Source: Chiloscyllium plagiosum (Eukaryota). Taken from it: a stretch of DNA of 64,000 nucleotides. Made by a program: the position numbers and the translations under genes. Under the pieces are notes generated by a model, which was not told the DNA's origin, ran no database searches, and saw only the letters and a list, made by a program, of their open reading frames with translations. Location of the stretch: assembly GCF_004010195.1 (NCBI RefSeq), contig NC_057718.1:54584448-54648447 (forward strand), given 5' to 3'. Positions 37,064 to 50,379 of the stretch are shown here, one piece after another (the first letter of the stretch is position 1; each line of letters starts with the position of its first letter).

Positions 37064-37372
37064 GGGTGGCACGGTGGCTCAATGGTTAGCACTGCTGCCT
37101 CAGAGCACCAGGGACCCAGATTGGATTCCAGCTTCGGGCAACTGTCTATATGGAGTTTGCACATTCTCCCAGTGTCTGCGTGGGTTTCCTCTGGGTGTTC
37201 CAGTTTGCTGTGCAGTTCAGGCAGACTGGCCATACTAAATTGTCCATAGTGTTCAGGGTTAAGTGCATTAGGGGTAAATAAAGGATAGGGGGAATGAGTC
37301 TGGGTGGGTTACTCTTGGGTTGGTGTGGACTTGTTGGTCTGAAGGGCCTGTTTCCACACTGTCAGGATTCTA
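37064..37372 (+). mobile_element. HE1-type SINE (older, internally deleted)
   Basis: GGGTGGCACGGTGGCTCAATGG head; gaagggcctgtttccacactgt tail. Confidence 0.85.
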
Positions 37373-37399
37373 TAAACTGTGGCATTTTATTTAATCCCA

Positions 37400-37790
37400 G
37401 GAAGATCTTCCAATCACCACTGAGTGCCTTCAATAACACTGCCTGAGCTCAGCCCTATTTCAATTCCTGAAATTAAATTCATGCTTTCGTTATCTCTAGA
37501 CTTGACAATTCCAATTCACTCCTAGGGGATCTGCCATATTCTAGATTCTGTAAATGTAAATTTATTCAAAGTCCACTGTGCATACCTTAACTCACATCAA
37601 GTCTAAATCATATCACCTGTGAGCTCATTGACCTGATTGTGATTACAGAATTCAGTCTTCTTTTCAAATCACTTCATTCCTCCTCATCTCTGTAAACTCC
37701 TTCAGTCTCGTAAACCTGATTGCTGCACTCATCTAACTCTGGAGTCTTGAGCATCCAAATTTTAAATGACGCTACTACTGTCAGCTGCGT
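37400..37790 (+). mobile_element. L2-like LINE fragment (a related piece lies at ~30880-31300)
   Basis: HAFVISRLDNSNSLL here; degenerate LxxLSAAF.xVNH at ~30910. Confidence 0.5.
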
Positions 37791-37794
37791 CTTC

Positions 37795-38460
37795 AAATCT
37801 CGTCCCACTTGCCAGCATTTGGCCCTCTAAACCCTTCCTGTTCATATACCCAATCAGATGCATTTTAAATGTTGCAATTGTACCAGCCTCCACCACTTCC
37901 TCTGGCAGCTCATTCCATACATGCACCACCCTCTGCATGAAAAGGTCGTCCATTGGGTCTCTTTCATATCTTTTCCCTCTTACCCTAAACCTATGCCCTC
38001 CAGTTCAGGGCTCCCCACCCCAGGGAAGAGACTTTGTCTATTTCTCCAATCCATGTCCCTCATGATTTTATAAACCGATATAAAGGTCACGCCTCAGCCT
38101 CCGACACTCCAGGGAAAACAGCCCCAACCTATTCAACCTCTTGTTATAGCTCAAGCCCTCCAAGCCTGGCAATATCCTTGTAAACCCTTTCAAGTTTCAC
38201 AACATCCTTCCAATAGGAAGACCAGAATGCATGCTATTTTCCAAGTGGCCTAACTAACGTCCTGTACAACCACAACATAACCTCTCACCTTCTAAACACA
38301 ATACTCTGACCAATAAAGGAAAGCATACCAAACGCTTTCTTCACTACCCTGCACTCTGAGGTCTCTTTGTTCAGCAACATTCCCTATGACCTTACCATTA
38401 AGTGTATAAGTCCTGCTAAGATTTGCTTTCCCAAAATGCAGCACCTTGCATTTATCTAAA
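37795..38460 (-). mobile_element. CR1 3' fragment
   Basis: WNELPEEVVEAGTIATFK, KCKVLHFGKANLSRTY. Confidence 0.85.
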
Positions 38461-41400
38461 TAGTCCGACAAACTTACCTCCTTGGTCAAACCATTTGACA
38501 TTATATCATGTTTGTTTGGGTTATATCGTGTTTTACAATGCTCCCTCAAAGTACTTTGGGACCTTTTATAACATTAGAAAGTGCCATATAAATTGATGTT
38601 AGCAGGCCCCAAACTAGAAATGCCAAAACTACATCTTACATACAAACTGGAATAGAAGGACCCACTTGGTTCTTTGAGACTGCTCCAACATTTAATGAGA
38701 TCATGACTGGTCTAATGATGGCCTCAACTGCACTTTCCTATTTACTTCAGATACCCCCTGACTGTCTCCTTGGTCCAGAAACCAAGTACCTCTGCCTTAA
38801 ATTATTTAGTTACTCAATCATCTTGCAAAGAGACTCTCAATTCTTATAACATAATTTCTCATCTTCATCTTAAGTATGAGATGCATTTTAAAAGGTGTCT
38901 CCTAGTTGTAGTATCATCAACGACGAATTAGCTTATGTGGTTGAGCTCTTGTGCAAATTTTTTGTTGTTTCATGAAATTAAGTAACTTGATCATAGCTCA
39001 CAAAAGGAAAACCTCAAACATAATTCATTAAAACTATCAATTCATTTTAAAGAAATTGTCGACAAGGAGCGAGTGAGTTACATTTCGCTGGTTCAAGGCA
39101 CCTTTAAGAGTGCAACATTGTGGCCTTCGCTTCATTGCCATCATCAGTACTATTATAGCAACATTACTTTTGTTACACTTTTGGCCATGTCCATTGGTAA
39201 ATATACTGCCTAAACATTTGGCCTTTCACGTTCATTCGTAAAAGCAGCAAAGGAAAATTTAGAGAGAACAGAATAAAACACAATTGATAAAACTTTCAAA
39301 AGACCACAAAAGATACACATCAAGGGTAAGACAAATTAGCTGCAGATGAAATGCAAAATTATTGAAAACGAATTTAGCTTCCTTGTGTCAAGGACGAGGG
39401 GGCAAGCAAAAGAAATGCATATTACAAACAAGACAAAAAAGGAATGTCAGCTATTTAAGAAGTGCTACAATGACTACTGGATTAGCAGATAAGTGACCTA
39501 ATCACAAAATTTCTATTTCAGATCTGGATCAATTCACAATGTTAAAAAGAGTATGTACATATATGTGTGCATACATAAATTAAAATGTAAGACAAAAACT
39601 CAAAAGACAATTGAAAGGCTTAGCATAAATCTATGATTAATATTACCCATGAAAAATGCCCAGTCTATCTCAAACATCTTGGAAGAGCAAAATATCTCAA
39701 AAATCGGAACATTAGGTTAAACAAGCTGCTACTATGCTGTCTGAGTTAATGATATTTTCCATAAACAGGAAACTGTGATCAATTTGAACAGAAATGCTTC
39801 CTTCCACACAATTGAGCAAAGTGGTGTATGAATTTCAGAACTGTTGCAATACAAAGGACAAAGGTCATATTGTTCCAATGAGTGCTTGATCAAATTAAAC
39901 AGTATGCTCTATTGGTTGTTTGTAATAGGTAGACTCCAAAGTGCACTCAACCAGGTCACACTTGCAAAACAAACAAAATTTCTGTTGCTTGTAATGTCAT
40001 TCCACAACTGGACAGAATGGGCTAAGAAAAAAATCCTGCATGCATAAATAGCTATACAAACAACAAATCCATAATAATTAGTTGAGTATGATTGCTATAA
40101 GTGACATATGCAGAAACCTATTGCCTGCAAATAAAAGGAATGAATAAGCCTTACACCTTAAATTACCCAAAAGCCTGAGCAGCTAATAAGGCCCTATCGA
40201 TTTCTTACGACAATGATCAGAATCAGCACTTTTCTCCATAGTACAAATTTTTATGAGTTTGTTCACAATTTGCCACTCATATTTATTCCGATGAGTGCAA
40301 GACAAAAAGTTTCAACTTCTTACTTTTTCCACAATATTTATACACTATAAGACAAAGTGACCATTCAAACTGAACCAATGCTTCCATACTAACAATAACA
40401 ATGGGAACAAAGTGAAATGGGGAAATTAGGCTATTCTTCATATATTTGTCCAAACTTTCCAGCAAATGTGAGGGCATTGGTGTGTGCCATGTGGCACACT
40501 AAATCAGTGTTGCTAATTTACTTCAAGCTTTTTTGTGTTCTTTCTTTTTTGTTCATTCACAGCACATTTGCATCATTTATTGCCTATCCCCAAAGGTTAA
40601 TCCTATTGCTGTGTACCTGGAACCACATGTAGTCACAGACCAGGTAAGGACATCAATTTCCTTCACTAAAGCACATTAGTATACCAGATCAGTTTTTCCA
40701 ACAATTAACAGTGCTTTTGCGGTCATCGTTAAACCTGTCAATTCCAGATTTTGGTTGAATTCAAATTCTGTCATCTGCCCATTGTAGGATTCGAAACAAG
40801 GTACCTAGAACATTTCCTGGATCTATGGAATAGTAGTCAAGCAATAATACAATTAAGCCATTGCCTCCCATAACTAGAACATTCTGGTAAAAGTAGCAGC
40901 AAATTAGAAGTGACAAAGTCAAAGACTTTGCAATGACACCTCCACAATTGATTCAATTTCATGATCCTAGAATAAATTTGCTACATTAACCTAACGATTC
41001 TACTGAATTTCAATAAATTTTCATAATTTGAGATACTACAGAAAATAAATCTCCAAATGTGTTTGTTGAACACAAGTTCTGTGTGTATGAAACAACCTCC
41101 ACTTACAGAGAGAGGGCGGTATTGTGAAGATTGAGAAGGGGAAAATTGAAGAAAATACATGAACAGCAATTTGAACGCCTGCCTCATTTTATCCTTGAAA
41201 GTGACCAAGTTAGAAATTGGTACTTTAAAAAAAGTGTTGAATAATTTTAAGATGCGCTGAACCTACGGGCCTTAACATTGGCTGGTCTGAATAAAGCGAA
41301 TATGGATTTTGAGTATGTTTATCATTTACAATTTATGTCTAGAATAAACAAATTTGTCAGTGATATCTTATACATCTGTTCCAATTTTTAAAATGCTAAC

Positions 41401-43997
41401 ACTTGCACTAATACTTACAATTTAATATGAATGGTGCACAGTGCTAAAAAGTAGTCATCAATAACTCTTGCTATTTTTCATACTTTATGTGTGTTAGTTA
41501 GTGTTAATTAAAAACTTTGTTGGTATCTGTGGGAATTGCATCTATTACAGAAACTAACTGCAGAACACAAAGTACTTGAGATCATATTAAAGGCTCATTT
41601 GATAAACTGGAGATATACTGTGCTGCCTAATTGGTATTTCAACAAGAATTATCAGGGTAACAAACTGACCTGTATTTGAAATGGAACTCCCACATCCTGG
41701 CTCCTTTGCTGCTGCAAAAGTCTTTGTACAATATTTTGAGATTTACTCTTTGCACTTGGGGAGGATGCACCTTCATATGTGAATAGCAGCTTTCTCCCAA
41801 AAGCCTGGGTCACAGGATCAGCAGCTTCCACAGGCTTGGCAGCAAATCTTCCCACCTAACCAGCTGAATCCATACTCAAATTAACAGCCACTACCACCCA
41901 ACACTGACCCCTATGACAAAGCAGCCCTTACCTTTCACCTTTCCCACCCACCCTCAAAAGTTAATCACCATGGGAATGATTGTGATACGAACATGCCTTT
42001 TACTTCTCATTAATTATATGTTAATAATATGCCCAATTTTTTATATATTTATATATAGCTGATTTGCACAAATATTGGAAGGATTTCAAAGTGATGATAT
42101 AGAAAACAGTTTAAAAGTGAACATATGAGCACAATTACCACTGATGGAATGTTCAGTATAATTAGGAGGCAAAAATAGAAGTTGTAGTTAAAGATATAGA
42201 GCATTTGATGAAAAGATTAGTTCACCATGAATGCTAATGCATCAACTGAAATTTCTGGCCTTAACTGGGTCTCAATTTGTATATTCTACTTTTAATTAAT
42301 CAAAATACACAATATACTTGTAGTTTCAAAATAATTTGAAATTATAAACAATCCAGAAAATCCAGTGTAATGAAACCAATTCTTTGTTCACAGTTATAGA
42401 TGTGACCTTGCTGACAAGTTCAATACCCATTACAGGTATCCACAAGTCTTCTAGACAAAACCAGACAAACCACATTTGTTTGTCATTCCATTTACACTTT
42501 TAAAAAAATCATTTTCCTATTTGTCAGACTGTGCTTTAAATCCTTGATCAATACGTCATATTAAATGTGCCTAGTAGCTTTAGTAGGTAGATTACGACTG
42601 AACCTTACACACACACATCACCGTTTATGAGCAAGAGTCACTTTAACACAAATAACAGGAGCCTTAACATTACCACCAGGAGTCAGGTGTTGATCTATGC
42701 TTTGTAGACATAAATACATCACTTGCCCAGATAAAGGTCTGTATCATTGCAGCAACAAACACCCTCTGTTACTGCGTTTTGAGAAGATTCATAGCGAAGG
42801 TGGGGATTCTGGACGTAGGTTTGCTCGCTGAGCTGGAAAGTTTGTTTTTAGATGTTTCGTCACCATACGAGGTAACATCATCAGTGAGCCTCCAGTGAAG
42901 CACCGGTGGTATAGCCCACTTTTTTGTGTTTAGGTTTCCATGGGCTGGTGACGCCATTTCCAGTGATGTTACTTCCTGTGGTGGTGTCATTTTCTGTTCT
43001 TTGTCTCAGATGGTGGTAAATGGGATCCAGGTCAATGGGTTTGTTGACAGAGTTCCGGTTGGAATGCCATGCATCTAGGAATTCTCGTGCGTGTCTCGAG
43101 GATGGATGTGTTGCCCCAGGCGAAGTGGTGTCCTTCGTCATCTGTATGTCAAGGTATTAATGAGTGTGGGTCATGTCTTTTGTGGACAGTTGATGTTTGT
43201 TTATCCTGGTAGCTAGTTTCCTACCTGTTTGTCCAATGTAGTGTTTGTTACAGTTCTTGCAAGGTATTTTGTAAATGACATTAGTTTTGCTTGTAGTCTG
43301 TATAGGGTCTTTCAAGTTCATTAGCTGCTGTTTTAGTGTGTTGGTAATTTTGTGGGCTACCATAATGCCAAGAGGTCTGAGTAGTCTGGCTGTCATTTCA
43401 GAGATGTCTTTGACATAGGGGAGCGTGGCTAGGGTTTCTGGACATGTTTTGTCTGCTTGTTGGGGTTTGTTGCTCAGAAATTGGTGGATTATTTTCATCG
43501 GGTACATGTTCTTTTTGAATACACTATGTCGGTGATTTTCCTCTGCTCTTCATAGTTCCTCTGTGCTGCAGTGTGTGGTGGCTCATTGAAATAATGTTCT
43601 AATGCAGCTTCATTTGTGAATGTTGGGAAGATTGCTTCTTTCTGTATGTGTTCCATATGTGTTGGTTTCCTGTCGACACTGGTTTGAAGTTTGCCATTGG
43701 CTGTTCGCTCTACTGCGATATTTAGGAATGGCAGTTTGTTGTTGTTTTCCTCCTCTTTAGTGAATTTTATGCCAGTAAGGATATAATTGATGGTCTTGAA
43801 GGTTTCCTCTAATTTGTTTTGCTTAGTGATGACAAAGGTGTCATCCACGTATCGGACCCAAAGTTTGGGTTGGATGGTTGGCAGAGCTAATTGTTAGAGT
43901 CTCTGTTAAGAACTCTGATATCAGAGATCCCATGGGTATTCCGTTGGCTTGTCTGTAGATTTTGTTGTTGAAGGTGAAGAGAGTGGTAAGATAGGTC

Positions 43998-45268
43998 ATC
44001 ATAGTTCCTCTTCGTAGGGTATGTGGAACAATCCATCTTCCGCAACTACACTGGCCCCACCCCCCATCTTTTCTTTCGCTACATAGATGACATGAACCAT
44101 GGGGTTATGTTGCAGCTGTAGGAAACTATGGTGTGGCCGCACTTGGAGTATTGCGTACAGTTCTGGTTACCACATTATAGGAAGGATGTGTAAGTTTTGG
44201 AAAAGATGCAGAGGAGATTTATGAGGATATTGTCTGGTATGGAAGGAAGGTCTTCTGAGGAAAGACTGAGTGACCTGAGGCTGTTTTCGTTAGAAGGAAG
44301 AGGTTGAGAGGTGACTTAATAGAGATGTGAAAGATGATCAGAGGATTAGATAGTGTTAGCAGAGAGAGACGTTTTCCTCGGATAGTGATGGCTAGCATGA
44401 GAGGACATAGCTTTAAATTGAGCGGTGATAGATATAGGACAGATGTCAGAGGGGTAGTTTCTTTACTCAGAGAGTAGTAATGGCGTGAAACTCCCTGCCT
44501 GCAACTGTAGTAGACTCACCGACTTTAATGTCTTTTTAAATGGCCATTGGATAAACATATGGATGATAATGCAACAATGCAGGTTAGTTCAGCTTCAGGC
44601 TGGTTTCACAGGTCAGCACAACATTGAGGGTCAGAGAGCCTGGACTGTGCTGTAATGTTCTGTGTTCTTTGAAAGCAAGATAATATTTCGAGTCTGGCGA
44701 TTCTTCATCAGAACTGTTAACAGCTCAGGAAAGGTGGTAATATATTGAAGTGACGTTTGTGGGAAGGGGTTGGTCTTGCACAAGGTGACTTACTTGCCGA
44801 TTTACTTCCTCCAACCTCAGTATCCAAGGCCTCAGGCACACCTTCCAGGTGAAGCAGCAGCTTACCTGCACTTCTCTCAACTCATTTATTTCATTCACTG
44901 CTCAGAATGTGGTCTCCTGTATATCGGGGGAGATGAAACACAGATTTGATGACCGCTTTGCTGAACACCTACACTCTGTCTGTAAAACATGACCCAGAGT
45001 TTCCCACTGCCTCCACTTCAACACACCACTGTGTTCCTACACCAACATTTCTGTCCCAGATCTGTTGCAGTGTTCCTTAACGCAAGTTCAAAGAACAACA
45101 CTTCATTTTCCACTTTCTCCTGCTGAACACTCTCTGCTCATTCCTGAAGAAGGGCCTGTGCCCGAAACGTCGAATCTCCTGTTCCCTGGATGCTGCCTGA
45201 CCTGCTGTGCTGTTCCAGCAATAAAGTTTCAACTTTGATCTCCAGCATCTGCAGACCTCACTTTCTCC
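43998..45268 (+). mobile_element. Second, composite PLE insertion nested in the first, 14-bp TSD
   Basis: TSD tggtaagataggtc at 43984-43997 and 45269-45282. Contents: RT piece FVGYVEQSIF...FFRYIDD, CR1 3' end (~44094-44670), GIY-YIG piece IHCSECGLLYIG...RFAEHL, terminal repeat 45120-45268. Confidence 0.8.
45140..45175 (+). ncRNA. Minimal type I hammerhead ribozyme motif, best preserved copy
   Basis: Stem I ATTC/GAAT, core CTGAAGA (45144-50), stem II GGGC/GCCC, GAAA (45164-67), ACGT palindrome, GTC cleavage triplet ending at 45171. Confidence 0.75.
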
Positions 45269-48200
45269 TGGTAAGATAGGTCCACTAGCTTGACGATACT
45301 GTCTTTGTTGAAGAAGTTGGTGGTGTTTGGTGTATGTGCCTTTGGTTCTTCTAATAGTGTAGCCAGTGTTTCCTTGGCCAGGTTGATATTGATAGATGTA
45401 AACAGGGCTGTTACATCAAAGGAAACCATTATTTCATCCTCTTCTATCTTGGTGTCTTTGATGATCTTGAGGAATTCTTGGGTGGAGTGGATAGAATGGC
45501 ATGAGTCTTCTACTAAGTGTTTTAGTCATTGTTGTAGCTTCTTGGCTCATCTGTAAGTTGGTGTTCCGGGTAGCAACACTGAGGGGTGCTCCTGGTTTGT
45601 GAATTTTGAGTAATCTGTAGAAACGTGGTGTGTTGGATCCGTCTGGTTTCATTTTTTGGAAATTGAACTTATTTATTTCTCCAGATTTCTGAAGTTTTTT
45701 GAGTAGGGCTATAATTCAGTTCTCTAGTTGTGGGGTTAGGTTTGTTGCCACTTGTTGATAAGTGTTGCTATCTGCAAGCAGTGCATTCTCTTTCTCAATG
45801 TAGACTCTGATTTAAAATGACTGTCAAGTGTCCTTTGTCTGCAGGTAGGATAATGTTTTTTATCATTTTTTCGTCCTTCTCGTGCTTTCCTTGCTTGCGT
45901 ATTGAGTGTGTTTCTTCCTTTTCCTGTTTAGTGTTGGTGCGACTGTCTGTCTGGTGGTATGCTGAGGTTCTTCTGTGAATTCATTGTCTTTCGTGTTGTT
46001 TCTAATGCTGCTAAGAAATCTTTATTCACATCCTCAAGGTTGTAATTTAATATTCATACTAAGATGGCTTTTTCAGTGTCTGTTAAGGGCCAGTCAGGTA
46101 AGATTTTTATCCATGCTTCTGTGTTGTTATTTTGTCTAAGTTTGTCTAGTTTTTTCTGCAGGTCTAGTTTTCTCATTTTCTGTGTTTGTTGCTGTCTAAT
46201 GTTTATGCCTTGTTGTATTGTGTCTATCCATTCATGGTCTGTTACATTAGTGAGTAAAGCTTGGTTGTATTTATGGAGTCTGTTGTGGGCATCATTAATA
46301 ATTTCTCTAAGCATTCTGTGGCCATTTTGCTCTGCTATTCTTTTGGCTAGTGGGGTGTTAAGGGGAGGTTTGTATTTAAGACATTTTAGGTGGTATTTGT
46401 TTCCTTAGACATTTGTGCAGGAAATACAGCTGTTCGTGGGTGGCGCTCTGTCGGATGGCGTTGGTTTCCCATTTTCGGGCCAGTTTTAGCATACTGCGCC
46501 CATAGATGTTAGCAAGTTTTGAGAAGGTTCGTAACTCAGGTTGAGGTTCTGTCACCACAGGAAATGACATCACCAACTTAAGGAAACCTAAACACATAAA
46601 TAAAACAGCAGGCCGTATCACCAGTGGCTCACTGATGTTACCTAGTATGGTGACGAAACGTCCAAAAACTACCCTTCCAGCTCAGTGAGCAAACTTACAT
46701 CCAAAACACCCTCAATATTTAGGAGGGCAAAGTATGCTCTCTGGTTTCAAAGCCTCAATCATAATCTGTAAACACAGCTTTTACCACAATCTTCCACACA
46801 TTGCAAGAGCACTCGGGCAGTGGATCGCCTGTCCCGATACCAAGATGGAGGAAGAGGCTATACTTGTTCATAGGATATGGGTGTTATTGGCTACATCAGC
46901 CCTTACTGCCAATCCTTAACTGTAGTGGAGAGGCACTATTATTGACAGTAATATATTAGCAGACATGAGAGTTTATTAATCACAATACTTATATATCATC
47001 TGCAATCATTCGCTAACGAGTATGACTTTTTAGCTAAGAAATTCCATGTCAATAGTTAACCTGTACATAATTCTTGTTTGATTGCGTGTATGTATGCAAT
47101 TACTTCAAGTGCATGATTATTTGACTTCACAAAATGGGCACAACAATTAATTCTGAATAAAAGGTATAATTTGTTTGTCAAGAAATTACTTCCTCACCTG
47201 TGCATTTTAAGCCTTTGATGGTATTTGTTCCAGATAAAACAATTTTTTCATATGGTAGCAACAAGTTAAATAAATCAAATATCAAAATCTAAGTCAGATA
47301 TGCAGGTCAAAACTGCTGGTGTATACCATGTGTCCTGTAGGCTACAAATTTTCTCTGAAGGCTATGCGGAAATAAGTGCTCCAGAACATCATGAGGAATT
47401 CATTATGCATTAAGAATTGTGCATGCTGTCATTTACAGAGAAGATGGCATCATTTACTGAAGTTGTTGTTGAAGAAAGTTTGATCTTTCAGACTATACGT
47501 AGGGGCTAGATAAAGGAACATAATTGGCACCTGTAGGTCTTCTAAACATTGAGCCATCAGTCATCGGGGTTTTGAAAGACAGTCAAGGGGTTTCAGCAAT
47601 GATTCAAAATAGCCTTCTGAACAGGAGCTGGGTTGGTGCTAGCTTGGTCAATACAGCCTGGACCAGCAAGTCTTGGTTGATGCAGTGAATAAATTCTCCT
47701 AATGCTACATACCCATGTGGTGTAATGGTGCAACATTTGCAAACTCAGGTAGCAGAGGTGCCAGTATCAGTAAAAGTGTACTGGTAATAATTATCATATT
47801 CACCTCTATGTCAACAGATTTGTAACTCTGATATGACAGCCATGTAGCAGAACAATATTTCACTGTACAGCATCACAAAGTTGAGTGCGGTCTAATAGAA
47901 GATTCAATTATCTGCTTTTTATGATATATGTAAGATGACCTGGATTTGATATAGGACTTTGGCAGATGACACAAAACTTGTGCATAATTTGAACTGTGAA
48001 GATAAGTTACAAAAGGACACAAACAGACTGATAGAATGGACAAAATGAGTTGAAATTTAAAGCAGAGAAGTGTGGTGACACTTTATATTGCTGTAATTCC
48101 CACTAAAATGTAAGTGATTTCATTATTAAAGGAAAGAAGGGAGAGCTACCTTGGGATATAGACATATCAATGAAGATGGTAGGGAAGGTAGACAAAATGT

Positions 48201-48521
48201 TGAAATAGACATTGCCTCTTTTATCAAATCCAAGATTCTTAGTTTACAATGGAAAGAAAGCTAAAATGAAGCTTTCTAAATCATAAATCCATCCTTAACT
48301 GGAGTATTAAGTCCAATATTGGGCATCACAATTTAGAAAGGATGTGAAGGTTTTAAAGAAAATAATCAGGAGACTGGTATCAGGGATGAGGAATTTCAGT
48401 TTTGTCAATAAATTGGTTGAAGCTGGGTTGTTCTCTTTAGAGAAAGTTGTCAGGACATTTGATAGTAGTGTTCAAAATCATGAAGCGTAAATAAGACAAA
48501 AATATTCCATGACAGGAGATA

Positions 48522-48812
48522 GCGAGTTTTGAGAAGATTTGAGGTTCAGGTTGAGGTTCTGTATGTAGGTTTGCTCGCTGAGCTGGAAGTTTTGTTTTCA
48601 GATGTTTCATCAACATACTAAGTGACATCAATGGGCCTCCGGATGAGGCACTGGTGGTATGGCCCACATTTTATTTGTGGGGAAACAGAAGAGGAAATGA
48701 CAAAACCACATGAAATTATGTCACCACAGGAAATGACATCACCAACCCAAGGAAACCTAAACACAAAAAAAAGCAGGCCATACCAGCTTCCAGCTCAGCG
48801 AGCAAATCTACA
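48522..48812. mobile_element. PLE terminal-repeat-only inverted insertion within an old CR1 (~47900-49080)
   Basis: Same family as the termini of 42767-46703; flanked by tccatgacaggagata / tccataacaggaaata (TSD-like, 2 mismatches). Confidence 0.7.
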
Positions 48813-50223
48813 TCCATAACAGGAAATATCAAGAACAGAAGGTGATAGAAATAGAATGGCAAAAGAATCAATGGCAACATGAGGAAAAGCATAAGTGACT
48901 AGTATCTGAAATGCATTACCTTGGTATGTGGTGGTGGAGGAGATTCAGTTTTGACTTTCAAAAACCCATGAGGAAAGACATTGCAGTTCTCTGGGGAAAG
49001 GATGGGGAGGGAAACTAACTGAATTTCTGCTGCAGAGCCTTCACTCTTCTGTGCTGTAATTATTCTATGACTCTTTTTCCCATTTGTTAAGTTTCTGAAC
49101 CATGCTAATCTGCTATGTTTTCCTCCCAAGATTCTGAAGATGCTGTATCTACATTTGTAGAAACAACTTTTACCTCTTGTGCCACAAAAAGGTAACCTCA
49201 GAGTTTAGTTTACTTAATTTGATTGAAGTAGGAATTTGAAGCAATCACATTTTAAGGGTTTGGCAAAAATCACTGTCAATGAAACTAAGTCCAAATCAGT
49301 GGCCAGGGTTTCCCCAGTATTCAACAGATTCTCTGTTTCTGAGGCCAAGACCATATCCTCTGCACATTTTGAGGTTTTGCTGAATAATGACAGTCTTCTC
49401 ACAATTGACTTTATTATGTGTAATCTTAGATCACAACTACTGTCATCTCAAAAAGACACGTTTGCTGAAATCTGATTCCCATTGACAAATACAAGTTAAG
49501 CAGCTCTCTTGATACTGCAGTGATACAATTTGTTTGGGTTGATTGAAATTTGACTAATTTTATTACGAATTAGCAAACAATGAATGAAAAATGTCAAGAT
49601 TCATTTGGTTTTAAAACCACACTGTTGACTTTCTGGTCATGTTTCTAAAAATTCAGGAGTACCAATCTTTCAAACAGAAAAGCTAAACTGTTGTAGGAAC
49701 ACTCACTTACACAGAAGGAACCTCAAATATCCTGCATTTGATTAACCTAATTTCGGATTATCTGAACAAAATCACAAATTCCAGATGCTTGACTAACTAT
49801 GTTATCCAGCATTCAATTAACCAAACAACAATAAGTTGTCACATTCTATCTTTTGGGGTTGAAGAAAGACATGTTCAATATGACCCTGAATTCCATTATT
49901 TAAATTCACCTGAGTAGTGAAACAGGAAGACATCTGTATTTAACATCTGACTTGAAGAATCACAGCTCAACATTACAGCATTCTCCCACCACTGCTGCAT
50001 GAGAATTAGCCTAAAATTATACACTCAAGTTCTGAACTAGACTTGAATTTTCCAATTCATAAATAAGTGCTCCTAATTAGACCAAGCTGACAAACGAAGC
50101 ATGGTTTTCAAATTAAAAGGTTACAACATAATGCATTTTATCGCAGGGGTGAATATAAAAACTACTGTTGCGACTCAGACTAAAATTTATCACCATTTTC
50201 CTCTGTAATCTAATTATGCTTAC

Positions 50224-50379
50224 CTCTAACTGTTCATCTTCCAAGAGTTTTATAACCAGCCATCTCACATCTTTGACTGCCTGTTCATTGTCCAAAAAAA
50301 CAAACAAATTGTAGAATACCATGGTTTGAAGGTAGGTTAGGACAGTGTACTTTGTATGCCAAGAACTGCTCTCTGATAT
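50224..50379 (-). CDS. PSME4: PSME4 exon [26 protein letters not shown]...LLEDEQLE
   Basis: 156 nt, gcacag|...|gtaagc, phase 0/0; followed by a ~19.6 kb intron. Confidence 0.95.

Larger units (their letters stand above)
42767..46703 (-). mobile_element. Penelope-like retroelement (RT + GIY-YIG), decayed, 10-bp TSD, inverted 5' terminal repeat
   Basis: PADKG (~45830), SFDVTALFT, WVRYVDDTF (YVDD 43840-43851), NVIYKIPCKNCNKHYIGQTGR; terminal repeats ~42770-42990 and inverted ~46550-46703; TSD aaacaccctc at 42757-42766 and 46704-46713. Confidence 0.9.
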
